From Rhodothermales bacterium (GTDB lineage Bacteria; Bacteroidota; Rhodothermia; Rhodothermales; JANQRZ01): a stretch of DNA of 64,000 bases. The stretch lies in assembly GCA_039944855.1 (NCBI GenBank), contig JBDUXZ010000005.1:372676-436675 (forward strand), read 5' to 3'. The position numbers and the translations under genes are program-made. Position 1 is the stretch's first letter; each line of letters opens with the position of its first letter. The notes under the pieces were generated by a model. That model had not been told where the DNA came from. It did not search any database and worked only from the letters and a program-made list of their open reading frames with translations. Below are positions 27,536-37,652 of the stretch, in pieces.

Positions 27536-27571
27536 GTTAGTGATATCTCTATCCAAACACCATGAACGCTT

Positions 27572-28948
27572 ATGCTATTCTCTCGAAGGGCATCCGGCAA
27601 CAGCGCTGTCCCAATACGTCATACAGAAATTATAATTGAAAATGTCCGCGTTTTTTCAGGCAGACATAGAATTCCAATCAAGCCGTTAACATTTGTTACG
27701 GGGGAGAATAGCTCAGGAAAGTCAACGCTGATAGCAATGATATCGGCGATGTACGATTATGAGAGTTATCCACTTCAGCCACGATTCAATGCTCCGCCTT
27801 TTAACCTAGGCGGCTACGACACCATAGCTACTGTGTTGGAGGACACGCAGGAGCCAGCTAAGTCTTTCAGTATTGGATTTTACAAAGAGGGAGGAGAGAG
27901 AGGGACCACGATATCTGTAGTAGCTACGTACAATGAAAAACTAGGAAATCCTGACTTCCGCAAGCTCACCATTGATTATGATGACGTCCAGTATCAGATT
28001 GAGGCCTTTGATTCAGAGGATAATGTGTTCGAGGGCCACATAACGGTACGAAAGGGGAAAGTTGAAATAGGTTCCGATTTCAATTTCCCTCGTATTTTTG
28101 GTGATGCAAGAAGGATTAGACTTGACGAAATAGCTTATCACATATTTAGGGACAACGAGGACATTATTAGAGCTAAGCGTGACGACTCGGACTATCGTTG
28201 GATTTTCGAAAGAATATATGATCTAGGATATTTTTCCGTGCCAGGGCGCGCCCTATCCATTGCGCCTATCCGAACAAAACCTGAGCGGATCTATGGACAC
28301 GCAGAGGCAGAATATCGCCCCGCTGGTGATCATATTCCCTTCACACTCTCTCGCTTGTTTTCGCAAGGTAGTGCTTGGGAAGAAAAACGTGCGGTAATAT
28401 CAGCCCTCAATACTTTCGGCGAGGAATCTGGAATGTTTGAAGGCTTTAAGGTTCACAAACTCGGAAAACATGCTAGCGACCCTTTTCAGTTGACAGTGAC
28501 TATTGATGGAAATGATCGCAATCTAGTTGACGTGGGATACGGTGTAAGCCAAGCTCTGCCTATTGTAGTACAAAGCGTGCTCACGGCAGATAGCCGTCTA
28601 CTTCTCCTCCAACAGCCTGAAGTACATCTTCATCCAAAGGCACAAGCTGCTCTAGGTTCTTTCTTTTCGAGATTGGTTTCAGACGGCACCCGAGAGATAA
28701 TTGTAGAAACTCATAGTGATTACATTATAGACCGAGTCCGCCAAGAAGTAGCACGAGGCAATATTGATCCTGACCTTATACAAATAATTTTCATGCACAA
28801 AGACTCATCTGGAGCAAGAGCCCACAATATAGATTTAGATAGGAACGGCAATATCGTGAACGCCCCTCCGTATTACCGCGAGTTCTTCCTCAGGGAGGAA
28901 ATGAACCTCTTAACCCGTTCATCTGAAGAACTCGGCCCAACTGAATAA
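27572..28948 (+). CDS. ABC-type AAA ATPase (AAA_21/AAA_15/DUF3696-like)
   Basis: Walker A GENSSGKST, GYGVSQALPIV, LLLLQQPEVHLHP, ETHSDY. Lies in an AT-rich region. 458 aa. Confidence 0.8.
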   Translation: MLFSRRASGNSAVPIRHTEIIIENVRVFSGRHRIPIKPLTFVTGENSSGKSTLIAMISAMYDYESYPLQPRFNAPPFNLGGYDTIATVLEDTQEPAKSFSIGFYKEGGERGTTISVVATYNEKLGNPDFRKLTIDYDDVQYQIEAFDSEDNVFEGHITVRKGKVEIGSDFNFPRIFGDARRIRLDEIAYHIFRDNEDIIRAKRDDSDYRWIFERIYDLGYFSVPGRALSIAPIRTKPERIYGHAEAEYRPAGDHIPFTLSRLFSQGSAWEEKRAVISALNTFGEESGMFEGFKVHKLGKHASDPFQLTVTIDGNDRNLVDVGYGVSQALPIVVQSVLTADSRLLLLQQPEVHLHPKAQAALGSFFSRLVSDGTREIIVETHSDYIIDRVRQEVARGNIDPDLIQIIFMHKDSSGARAHNIDLDRNGNIVNAPPYYREFFLREEMNLLTRSSEELGPTE

Positions 28949-29391
28949 TGTGCATTATCATTGATAACAATGTCGTCCATCGTGTTTTCTTCACTGATAA
29001 TGATCCCGATTTCTCACATCTAAGAGAGTGCCTGTTCGGCAATGGCCCTTGTGACGTAAAGTTGGTGTACGGTGGGGGTCTTAAGAGAGAATATGTCGTT
29101 AGCGCTAGGGTCGCTTCTACCCTGCGTGTTCTCGACCAAGCAGGAAGAGCAATACAAGTCACAGATGCCAGCGTAGACAGTGAAACCCAAGTGGTCGAGG
29201 AAATGAATCAATGTGTATCAGATGACCCGCACGTGATTGCCTTAGCCCGTGTTAGCAATGTTAGGCTACTGTGCTCTCACGACATGAACTTACATACTGA
29301 CTTCAGAAACCATCACCTTGTCAACGGTCCTCGGGGCAACATTTATCAAAATCCAGGGCACAATCATCTGTTGCAAAGACACTGTAGCTAA
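28948..29391 (+). CDS. Small PIN-like protein (147 aa), translationally coupled to the ATPase gene
   Basis: TAATG overlap with the upstream stop. MCIIIDNNV, SDDPHVIALA and CSHDMNL give PIN-like spacing of acidic residues. The fold assignment is inferred. Confidence 0.6.
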   Translation: MCIIIDNNVVHRVFFTDNDPDFSHLRECLFGNGPCDVKLVYGGGLKREYVVSARVASTLRVLDQAGRAIQVTDASVDSETQVVEEMNQCVSDDPHVIALARVSNVRLLCSHDMNLHTDFRNHHLVNGPRGNIYQNPGHNHLLQRHCS

Positions 29392-29665
29392 GACCGTCGG
29401 TGTATCCTTGGCCCTGAACTGCATGTAGGATGCAGAACCCGGACTGGCACGACTTCGGTGATGACCTGGCGCCGGGCTGACGCAGCACGTTCGTAGAACC
29501 GGAGGCGAGGTCGGAGCAACGATCCCGGCGTTGACAACTCCTGAAGGGGGGTCCGCAACACGCGCCACGATCCCCGCAACCCTCCCCTCGGGCTGCCGTA
29601 CGTCGGACCGTATGCTAACGGGAGTCCCGACCCGCTCCTGCTCTCCCCTGCTCGCCTCCTACCCG

Positions 29666-32077
29666 ATGCGCTTCGTCCCGCTCCTCGCCCTCCTCTGCTT
29701 CGTCGCCACGGCGCCGCTCGCCCAGCCCGGCCCGCGCGGCGGCGGCCTCACCGGCCGCGTGCTCGACGCCGCCACCGGCGACCCGCTCCCCCTCGCCACC
29801 GTCGCCCTCTACCAGCTCCCCGACACGACGTTCGTCACGGGCGGCGCGGCCGACCCCGAGGGGCGCTTCGACCTCGCCCCCCTCCGCCCCGGCGACTACG
29901 ACGTGCGCATCAGCGTCGTGGGCTACACCACGGAGCACCGCGCCGCGTCCATCCGCCCCGGCCCACCCACCGACCTCGGCGAGATCCGCCTCGAAGAGTC
30001 GGCCGAGGTGCTCGAAGGGGTAAGCGTCGAGGCCGAGCGCGATCTGATCGAGCAGCGCGCCGACCGCACGGTCTACAACGTCGGCGACCAGCCGATCACG
30101 TCGGGCGACAATGTGCTCGAGACGCTCAAAACGCTGCCGTCCGTCGAGGTGGACCAGGACGACAACATCTCGCTGCGCGGCGGCCGGAACGTGGCGATCC
30201 ACGTCAACGGTCGGCCCGTGCCCGTCGGCGGCCAGTTCCTCGCGGCCTACCTCAAGCAGGTCGGGGCCGACGCCGTCGAGCGCGTCGAGGTCATCCCGAA
30301 CCCGTCGGCGCGCTACGAGCCCGACGGGCTGAGCGGTATCATCAACATCGTGCTGAAGGAAGACGCGCCGGACCGCGGCCTCTCCGGCGGCGTCACGGCC
30401 GGCGGCGGCACGCGGCCCGAGGCGAACCTCGGCCTCAACCTCGCCTACCAGCGCGGCAAGTTCGACACGTACGGCTCCTACGGCTACTTCTACAACCGCT
30501 TCGACTTCGACGGCTCGACCGAGCGCGATTACCTCGGCACCACGTCCGACCTCCTCACGCTCGACAACATCCAGACCGGCGACCGCGTCTTCGCCAGCCA
30601 TTTCGCGAACGCGACGGTCGATTACACGCTCGCCGAGCGCACGGTCCTCTCGCTCAGCGGGAACGCCTCCGTGCGCGACGGCGGCGGCGACAACCTCCAG
30701 TCGATTGCCTCGGTCTTCCGCGACGACGGCCGCGAGACCCTCGCCGAGCGCCTCTCCGATACCGATTCCGACGGGACGAACACCACCGGCACGCTCTCCT
30801 TCCAGCGCCGCTTCAACGAGGACGGCACGCACGAGCTCCGCGCCGAAGCCCGCGTTTCGGCCAACACGAACACCGAAGATCAGGTGTTCGAAGGCACCTT
30901 CGACGGGACCGCCGAGCGGTCGAGCTACCTCGACGAGTCGGACCGGACGGAGAACTGGCTCCAGCTCGATTACACGCAGCCGCTCGGAGACATCCGCCTC
31001 GAAACCGGCGCGAAGGCTACGTGGGAGACGATCGAGAACGACGTCCGCTTCGGCTCGGGCGGAGCCGACGGGCTGGCCGAAACCGCGACCGACGGCTTCG
31101 ACTACGACCGCTCGATCTACGCCGCCTACCTCCAGGCCGCCGTGCCCATCGGCGCGAAGATCGAAGTGCAGGCCGGCCTCCGCGCCGAATACGCCGACCG
31201 CTCGTTCGCGATTGACAGCGAGGGCACGCCCAACGACTTCGACTACACGAGTCTTTTCCCGAGCGCGTTCGCGATCTACAACGTCGGGCCGGGCACGTCG
31301 GTCAAGGGCAGCTACAGCCGGCGCATCAACCGTCCCGGCACGTGGTTCCTCTCGCCCTTCAGCAGCCCCGAAGACGTGACCGTCACGCAGCGCGGCAACC
31401 CCGGCCTGCGCCCGGAATACACGGACTCGTACGAGCTCGCGCTCCAGTACAAGTTCTTCGTCACGCTGACGCCGTTCTACCGCCGCACGACGGATGTCAT
31501 CGCCCGCCGCTTCGTCGTCGAGGACGGCCGGACGTTCTTCACGAGCGACAACTTCGCCACAGAGCAGTCCTACGGCGCGGACCTCACGCTCGCGGCGGCG
31601 ATCCCGAAGACGCCGGTGCGCGGGTTCGTCTCGGGCAGCGTCTTCCGCGCCGAGACCGACGGCGGCGCCGTGGACCCGACCGTGGACTTCGGCGTCACGT
31701 CGTGGTCGGCGCGGGCGAGCCTGCAGGCGCAGCTCCGAGCGAGCACGTCGCTCCAGTTCTTCGGGTTCTTCCGCGGGCCGCGCGCGATCGCGAACGGGCG
31801 CTCGTCGGGCTTCGGGTTCACGTCGCTGGGGCTCCAGCAGAAGTTCCTCGGCGACGCGCTCTCGCTCAGCCTCCGCCTCAACGATCCGTTCTCCACGACG
31901 CGCTTCGAGTTCGAGTCGGAGAACGAGGCGTACTCGGAGCTAGGCATCCGCGACCCGGCGCAGCGCTCGTTCTCCGCGACGCTGACGTGGACCTTCGGGA
32001 AGCCGGCCGAGCGCCGCCGGACGCAGCAGCAAGGGCAACAAGGCGGCGGCATGGACGACGGCGGCATCGGCCTCTGA
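29666..32077 (+). CDS. TonB-dependent-receptor-like outer-membrane beta-barrel protein with a carboxypeptidase-regulatory-like N-domain
   Basis: Signal peptide MRFVPLLALLCFVATAPLAQ. GRVLDAATGDPLPLATVAL (CarbopepD_reg-like). Plug-like ISLRGGRNVAIHVNGRPV. Long beta-rich C-terminus. Confidence 0.8.
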   Translation: MRFVPLLALLCFVATAPLAQPGPRGGGLTGRVLDAATGDPLPLATVALYQLPDTTFVTGGAADPEGRFDLAPLRPGDYDVRISVVGYTTEHRAASIRPGPPTDLGEIRLEESAEVLEGVSVEAERDLIEQRADRTVYNVGDQPITSGDNVLETLKTLPSVEVDQDDNISLRGGRNVAIHVNGRPVPVGGQFLAAYLKQVGADAVERVEVIPNPSARYEPDGLSGIINIVLKEDAPDRGLSGGVTAGGGTRPEANLGLNLAYQRGKFDTYGSYGYFYNRFDFDGSTERDYLGTTSDLLTLDNIQTGDRVFASHFANATVDYTLAERTVLSLSGNASVRDGGGDNLQSIASVFRDDGRETLAERLSDTDSDGTNTTGTLSFQRRFNEDGTHELRAEARVSANTNTEDQVFEGTFDGTAERSSYLDESDRTENWLQLDYTQPLGDIRLETGAKATWETIENDVRFGSGGADGLAETATDGFDYDRSIYAAYLQAAVPIGAKIEVQAGLRAEYADRSFAIDSEGTPNDFDYTSLFPSAFAIYNVGPGTSVKGSYSRRINRPGTWFLSPFSSPEDVTVTQRGNPGLRPEYTDSYELALQYKFFVTLTPFYRRTTDVIARRFVVEDGRTFFTSDNFATEQSYGADLTLAAAIPKTPVRGFVSGSVFRAETDGGAVDPTVDFGVTSWSARASLQAQLRASTSLQFFGFFRGPRAIANGRSSGFGFTSLGLQQKFLGDALSLSLRLNDPFSTTRFEFESENEAYSELGIRDPAQRSFSATLTWTFGKPAERRRTQQQGQQGGGMDDGGIGL

Positions 32078-32205
32078 CCCGCTCCCGGCGAGATGCGAGG
32101 CGGCGCGCTGCGCTGGACGTTAGAGGATGGGGCGCACGGCCGGCTCGGTCCTCCAAATGTCCGGCGCGGCGGGACCCGCCGGGTGGGATCGTCGTTCTGC
32201 ACCCC

Positions 32206-32997
32206 ATGCCCCGCAATCGCGCCAGCCGCCCCGCCCCGTACCTCGCCGAACTCGCCTCGCCGCTGAGCGCCGAGGCCCCGCCGTCGCTCGGCCCGCGGCT
32301 CCGCGTGGCGACGTACAACGTCCACCGCTGGGCGGGCGTCCGGGGCGGGCGGAAGTACGAGCCCGAGCCGGTCCTCACCGTCCTCGGTGAACTCGACGCC
32401 GACGTGATCGCGCTGCAGGAGGTCCTCCGCCCGTGGGACAACGGCGACCCGCTGCGCGAGGCGTCGCAGCGGCTCGGCTTCCACCTCGCGTTCGTCGTCA
32501 CCCGAATCCACAAGCGTGGCGCGCTCGGGAATGCGATCCTCTCGCGCTGGCCCCTCGCCCACGCCGAGGCTATCGACCTCTCATTCGGGCGGCTGGAGCG
32601 ACGCGCCGCCCTCGCCGTCCGCCTCACCGACGCCGACGGGACCCCGCCGCTGTCGGTCGCCTCGACGCACCTCGCGATCGTGGACCGAACGCGGACGCGG
32701 CAGGTCGAGGCCCTCCTCGATCACCCGCACTTCAACGATGGGCCGTCCGTGCTCCTCGGCGACATGAATGCGTGGCGGAAGAACCCGGCGTCGCGCAACC
32801 TGCAAGGCTTCGCCGAGCGGCACCACAACCGGGCGTGGCCGCCGTCGTACCCGAGCGTCCGCCCCGTCCTCGCGCTCGACCGGGTGTACGCGCGCGGCGT
32901 CCACGTCGAGGATCTGCACGCGCACGAGAGCGCGGCGAGCCGGCAGGCGTCGGACCACCTCCCCGTCGTCGGCACGGTGGTGCTGGACGACTATTGA
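32206..32997 (+). CDS. Endonuclease/exonuclease/phosphatase (EEP) family protein
   Basis: VATYNVHRW, DVIALQEV, GDMNAW, SDHLPV. Confidence 0.8.
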   Translation: MPRNRASRPAPYLAELASPLSAEAPPSLGPRLRVATYNVHRWAGVRGGRKYEPEPVLTVLGELDADVIALQEVLRPWDNGDPLREASQRLGFHLAFVVTRIHKRGALGNAILSRWPLAHAEAIDLSFGRLERRAALAVRLTDADGTPPLSVASTHLAIVDRTRTRQVEALLDHPHFNDGPSVLLGDMNAWRKNPASRNLQGFAERHHNRAWPPSYPSVRPVLALDRVYARGVHVEDLHAHESAASRQASDHLPVVGTVVLDDY

Positions 32998-33076
32998 GCG
33001 ATACGTGCGGTCGCAACCCGGTGATGGACACGTCGTAGGGCGAGGTATCCGTACTCGTTCCCCTACGCCGACCGCC

Positions 33077-34456
33077 ATGCTCCCACGCGCTACGCTCCTC
33101 GCCCTCCTCGTCTCGCTCGCTTTCTGCACCCCGCCCGCCGCGCAGCCCGGCCCCGTCACCACCGAGGAGCGCGCCGAGGTCGCCGACCGCATCGGGACGC
33201 TCCTCGCCGAGCGCTACGTCTTCGCCGACAAAGGGGTCGAGGCCGGGGCGTACGTCCGCGAGCGGATCGAGGCCGGGGCGTACGACGGCGTGACCGAGCC
33301 CGACAGCTTCGCCGCCGTGCTCACGCGGGATCTCCAGCACGTCACCCGCGACAAGCACCTCCGCGTCCGCCACCGCGCGCCGCAGCAGGGACCCGGCGGC
33401 CCGCCCGACCCGCTCCGCGAGCGGCTGTCGCAGCGCGAGCGCAACCGCGCCGCCAATCTCGGCATCCAGTCGGTCGAGATCCTCGACGGCAACGTCGGCT
33501 ACCTCGACCTCCGCTTCTTCCCGCCGGAGGAGGACGTGCGCGAGGCCTACGACGCCGCGCTGCGCCTGCTCGCGAACGTGGACGCGCTCATCATCGATGA
33601 GCGGCAGCACGGCGGCGGCAGCCCGTCCGGCATCCGCTACCTCACGTCCTACTTCTTCGATGCGCCGACGCACCTCAACAGCCTGCACTGGCGCGAGGGC
33701 GACACGGAGAATGTCGAAGAGTTCTGGACCCACACCGACATCGGCGGGACGCCGCGCCCGGACCTCCCGCTCTTCGTGCTGACGAGCGACTACACCTTCT
33801 CCGGTGCCGAGGAGTTCGCCAACAACCTCAAGGAGCTCGGCCGCGCCACGATCGTCGGCGAGACGACGGGCGGCGGCGCGAACCCTGGCGGCTTGATGCC
33901 CGCGGGCCAGCGCTTCGGCGTGTTCGTCCCCGTGGGCCGCGCCGTCAACCCGATCTCGGGCACGAACTGGGAGGGCGTCGGCGTCGCCCCCGATGTCGAG
34001 GTCCCGGCCGAGGATGCGCTCGACCGCGCGCTCGAACTGGCTCGCCCCGCGGCGACGGCCTACGACGCCGCGCGCGAGCAGCGGCTGGAGACGCAGATCA
34101 CCGTCCTCGAGACGGGGATGGCCGATGCCGCCGCCGCGTTCGACGCCGGGCGCGACGCGTCGGCGCAGGTGGCGACGCTCCTCCGCACCACCCTCGACAC
34201 AGGCTTGATGGACGAGCCGACCATCAATGGCTACGGCTACCTCCACCTCCAGAGCGAGCGGCCCGCCCTCGCCGTCGCCATCTTCCGCTTCAACGTTCAG
34301 ACGTTCCCCGAGTCGTGGAATGTCTACGACAGCCTCGGCGAAGCGCTCGCGGCGCAGGGCGAGACCGACGAAGCGAAGCGGATGTATGAGAAAGCGCGCG
34401 CCCTCGCCCCCAACGACCAGCACGGCCGCATCGACGATATGTTGGAACGACTCTAG
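33077..34456 (+). CDS. Secreted S41-family peptidase-like protein with a C-terminal TPR module
   Basis: Signal peptide. LIIDERQHGGGSP and VLTSDYTFSGAEEF are S41-like. The C-terminal ESWNVYDSLGEALAAQGETDEAKRMYEKA is TPR-like. Confidence 0.7.
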   Translation: MLPRATLLALLVSLAFCTPPAAQPGPVTTEERAEVADRIGTLLAERYVFADKGVEAGAYVRERIEAGAYDGVTEPDSFAAVLTRDLQHVTRDKHLRVRHRAPQQGPGGPPDPLRERLSQRERNRAANLGIQSVEILDGNVGYLDLRFFPPEEDVREAYDAALRLLANVDALIIDERQHGGGSPSGIRYLTSYFFDAPTHLNSLHWREGDTENVEEFWTHTDIGGTPRPDLPLFVLTSDYTFSGAEEFANNLKELGRATIVGETTGGGANPGGLMPAGQRFGVFVPVGRAVNPISGTNWEGVGVAPDVEVPAEDALDRALELARPAATAYDAAREQRLETQITVLETGMADAAAAFDAGRDASAQVATLLRTTLDTGLMDEPTINGYGYLHLQSERPALAVAIFRFNVQTFPESWNVYDSLGEALAAQGETDEAKRMYEKARALAPNDQHGRIDDMLERL

Positions 34457-34655
34457 CCCCACACTCTAACCCCACGATCCAGTCAGCCTGCTGCCCGCGG
34501 CGAACGCGAAGCCGAGAGGGAGCGACGAGGGGTTAGTTAATTTTCAGTGGTGGTTTCGAGGGCTCGCAACGCGCGTTTACTTTGCGCCGCAATGCTTTGC
34601 TTTACGAGCGCCAGGGCGCTCCTCACTGTTGCAGTCCTCCATTATCCATCCGGTT

Positions 34656-36404
34656 ATGTCTACTCCGTTTCGCGTCCTCGGCGTGCTCCTCGTTCTCGTT
34701 ATGCTCGCCGGCTGCGGCGACTCCGACCCCGTCGGCCCCGAACCCATCGGGCCGCCCGAGGAGATGCCCGCCCTCGTCATCGAGGGCGTGAGCTACGTCA
34801 ACAAGCAGGTCCACAACAGCCACCTCGACGCGGTCACGACCGCCGGGTACTCCCGCACGGTCGACCTCACGATCGACTTCGGGGACGAGGTGACGATGGG
34901 CCAGATCGGCCGCATCCTCCTCTACGGCCGGACCCCGGCGGCGAACCTCGGCTGGGAGATCGGCCGCGAGGAGCTGGCCGGTCTCGCGATGGAGAACGGC
35001 GCCGTCCTCCGCATCCCCAACCTCGTCTACCTCGCCGACTATTACTCGACGGCGAGCGATGTCTTCTTCGAGCTCGTCGTCGAGGGTCTCGGCGCCGAGG
35101 GCGTCGCGTACGAGTTCATCCACAAGAACCGCTTCCCGCTCGCCTTCAACACCCAGCCGGCGTGGTACGACCGCGAACGGCTCAGCGTGGCGTTCAACTA
35201 CGACTGCTGCGGCCCCACGAGCGGCCTCTCCGAGGCGCAGGCGATCTGGCTCGATGAGGACGTAGAGCTCGGCACGAGCGAGGCGCCGCCCGAGGCGGGC
35301 CTCTCCCCGACCGTGTTCCTCTTCGACGACGTGCCCGCTACGGCGTCGTCGTTCTACACCGTCGTCGAGGGCAACATCGAGGGCATCGAGACGGAGATCG
35401 TCACGGGGATCACGCCGCTCCCGACGCGCGTCCCGCCGAACACCGCGTTCGTCAACGGCATCGACGTGACCGGCTCGTTGACGTCCGAGTCCTCCAGCGC
35501 TGACGTGTTCGTCCTCCGCGATTACCAGACGAACGAGCTCCACGTCGTCCGCCCCGACGCCTCGATGGCCGGCCCGTTCGAGCTGTCGAGCGATCCCACC
35601 GCGGTCTACGCCACGGCTGAGACCGCCTTCGTCGGCTACGGGAGCGGGCGCCTCGACGCGTGGGACCTCGCCACCGGCGAGCGGCGGCGGCTCGGGACCT
35701 ACGACCTCGAGATCCGGGCGCTGGGCTACGCCGAGGGCTACGTCCTCGCGATGGGCCGGGCCGATTCGTACGACCGGAAGATATACGCCATTGATGCGAT
35801 CTCCGGCGTCGTAGCGAATGAGGACGACTACTTCCCCTACTACGACACCCCCATCGGGCTCGTCTTCAACGAACGCAACGGCCGGGTCTACGGGTCGTTC
35901 GGCAGCCAGCTCATGTCGGCGTCGTTCAACGCAGCCACAGGGACCTTCGCGGACTTCCGCGCGCGGGGCTCCAACAACAGCGCGTACCCGGAGCCGCCGC
36001 TCCACCTCTTCCCCGACGGCCGGGCGCTGGTTTCCGCGCAGGGCGGGATCTACACCACGTCGTCGAACGAGAGCGAGGACATGGAGTACGTCGAGCGGTT
36101 CGAGTTCTCCACCCGCGACGTCGGCTTCCTCCCGGACACCGACCGGATGCTCGCGGTTCGGGGGAACTACAGCGGCGACGTGCTCGACCTCTACGCCCTG
36201 AGCACGCGCGAGCACCTCCGCGACCTCACGGTGCCGGGCCGGCCGATGCAGATCGTCAGCGACGGCGACCGCGTCCACGTCCTCAGCATGTCGGAGAGCT
36301 ACCAGCTCCCGCGCGTGATGGTGACGACGTTCGACGACGGCGACCTCACCGTCAACCGCCGGCAGCGGATGGCGCACGTCGTCGCGCGGCCCGTCTCCCG
36401 CTAG
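34656..36404 (+). CDS. Hypothetical lipoprotein (possibly beta-propeller-like)
   Basis: Lipobox LVMLAGCGDS. Long, non-repetitive coding-like translation. No family recognised. Confidence 0.6.
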   Translation: MSTPFRVLGVLLVLVMLAGCGDSDPVGPEPIGPPEEMPALVIEGVSYVNKQVHNSHLDAVTTAGYSRTVDLTIDFGDEVTMGQIGRILLYGRTPAANLGWEIGREELAGLAMENGAVLRIPNLVYLADYYSTASDVFFELVVEGLGAEGVAYEFIHKNRFPLAFNTQPAWYDRERLSVAFNYDCCGPTSGLSEAQAIWLDEDVELGTSEAPPEAGLSPTVFLFDDVPATASSFYTVVEGNIEGIETEIVTGITPLPTRVPPNTAFVNGIDVTGSLTSESSSADVFVLRDYQTNELHVVRPDASMAGPFELSSDPTAVYATAETAFVGYGSGRLDAWDLATGERRRLGTYDLEIRALGYAEGYVLAMGRADSYDRKIYAIDAISGVVANEDDYFPYYDTPIGLVFNERNGRVYGSFGSQLMSASFNAATGTFADFRARGSNNSAYPEPPLHLFPDGRALVSAQGGIYTTSSNESEDMEYVERFEFSTRDVGFLPDTDRMLAVRGNYSGDVLDLYALSTREHLRDLTVPGRPMQIVSDGDRVHVLSMSESYQLPRVMVTTFDDGDLTVNRRQRMAHVVARPVSR

Positions 36405-36454
36405 CTCGGATCCTGACGCGGGGGACGCGCTTATCTAGCGCACCCCGACCGTCC

Positions 36455-36496
36455 GGCGCAGTCCCCGCAACGCTCGGGGGCTGCGCCTCTTTTTTT
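36455..36496 (+). terminator. Intrinsic terminator
   Basis: GGCGCAGTCCCCG / CAACGCT / CGGGGGCTGCGCC (12 of 13 pairs), followed by TCTTTTTTT. Confidence 0.8.
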
Positions 36497-36512
36497 GCCC
36501 TTCCCTCGTCCG

Positions 36513-37652
36513 ATGCCTCATCTCCTCGCCCGCCTCCTCACCCCTATCGAAGAGACGCTCGACCGCGCCAAGCTCGGGCTCAAGTGGAAGTACGGCCTCT
36601 GGCGGGACCTCCGCGTCCGCCCCTACCTCGGCTACGGCACGCCCGACGAGGTCCGCCTCACGGGCCGCGTCCTCGACGACAAGCGGATCGAGACCGGGCC
36701 CTCGGATAGCGTGTGGACGAACGTCCGCCGCACGCTCCGCCGCGTCGAGAGCGACGAAGTGCCGGGCGCGACGGTCCGCCTCACCGACGGGGACCGGACG
36801 ATGGAGGCCGAGACCGACGGCGACGGCTACTTCACGTTCAACTTCGCCCCCGACGCTCCGGCTCGCCCGTGGCACGAGGTGACGCTCGACCTCGCCGCCC
36901 CCGAGCCCGACGACCCCGCCGGGGCACGCGCGACGGGCCGCATCCTCCTCCCCCCGACCGATGCCGACTTCGCCGTCGTCAGCGACCTCGACGACACGAT
37001 CGTGAAGACGGGGGCGACGAACAAGCTGTCGTACGCCCGCGCCGTGCTCCTCAACAACGCGACCTCGCGGCTCCCCTTCCCCGGCGTCGGCGCGTTCTAC
37101 CGCGCGCTCCGGGGCGGGCCGGACGGCGGCGGCGGCAACCCGTTCTTCTACGTGTCGAGCAGCCCGTGGAACCTCTTCGGGCAGTTCCACGGCTTCCTCC
37201 GCCACCGCGACATCCCCGAGGGGCCGATCTTCCTCAAGGACTTCGGCATCGACGAAGACAAGTTCATCAAAGGCGGCCACCGCAGCCACAAGCTCGACTA
37301 CCTCCGCACGCTCCTCGATGCCTACCCCGACCTCGGCTTCGTGCTCGTCGGCGACAGCGGGCAGGAGGACGCCGAGATCTACCTCCGCCTCGCGCACGAA
37401 CGGCCGGGCCGCCTACGCGCCGTTTACATCCGCGACGTGAGCGACCGCGACCGCGACCGGAAAGTGCAGCAGATCGCCGACGAGCTAGCGGGCCTCGGCG
37501 TGCCGATGTGCGCCACCGAGCACAGCGTGGATGCCGCCCGCCACGCCGCCGAAGTCGGGTTGATCCCGGCCGATGCCGTCGAGCGCGTCGCGGCCGAGGC
37601 GGACGAGGAAGCGCAGCGCGAGACCGGCCTCTGGGACCGACTGCTCGGTTGA
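36513..37652 (+). CDS. App1-family (DUF2183) phosphatidate-phosphatase-like protein
   Basis: HAD-like DLDDTIVKTG, YVSSSPWNLF, GDSGQEDAEIY. Confidence 0.75.
   Translation: MPHLLARLLTPIEETLDRAKLGLKWKYGLWRDLRVRPYLGYGTPDEVRLTGRVLDDKRIETGPSDSVWTNVRRTLRRVESDEVPGATVRLTDGDRTMEAETDGDGYFTFNFAPDAPARPWHEVTLDLAAPEPDDPAGARATGRILLPPTDADFAVVSDLDDTIVKTGATNKLSYARAVLLNNATSRLPFPGVGAFYRALRGGPDGGGGNPFFYVSSSPWNLFGQFHGFLRHRDIPEGPIFLKDFGIDEDKFIKGGHRSHKLDYLRTLLDAYPDLGFVLVGDSGQEDAEIYLRLAHERPGRLRAVYIRDVSDRDRDRKVQQIADELAGLGVPMCATEHSVDAARHAAEVGLIPADAVERVAAEADEEAQRETGLWDRLLG

Noticed and set aside
29392-29665. A third copy of the dnaE tail (right att site), or a riboswitch upstream of the TonB-like receptor gene
   Set aside because: I found only vague word matches to the dnaE tail and no B12-box, TPP or other riboswitch signature. 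This needs computation, so no claim is made.
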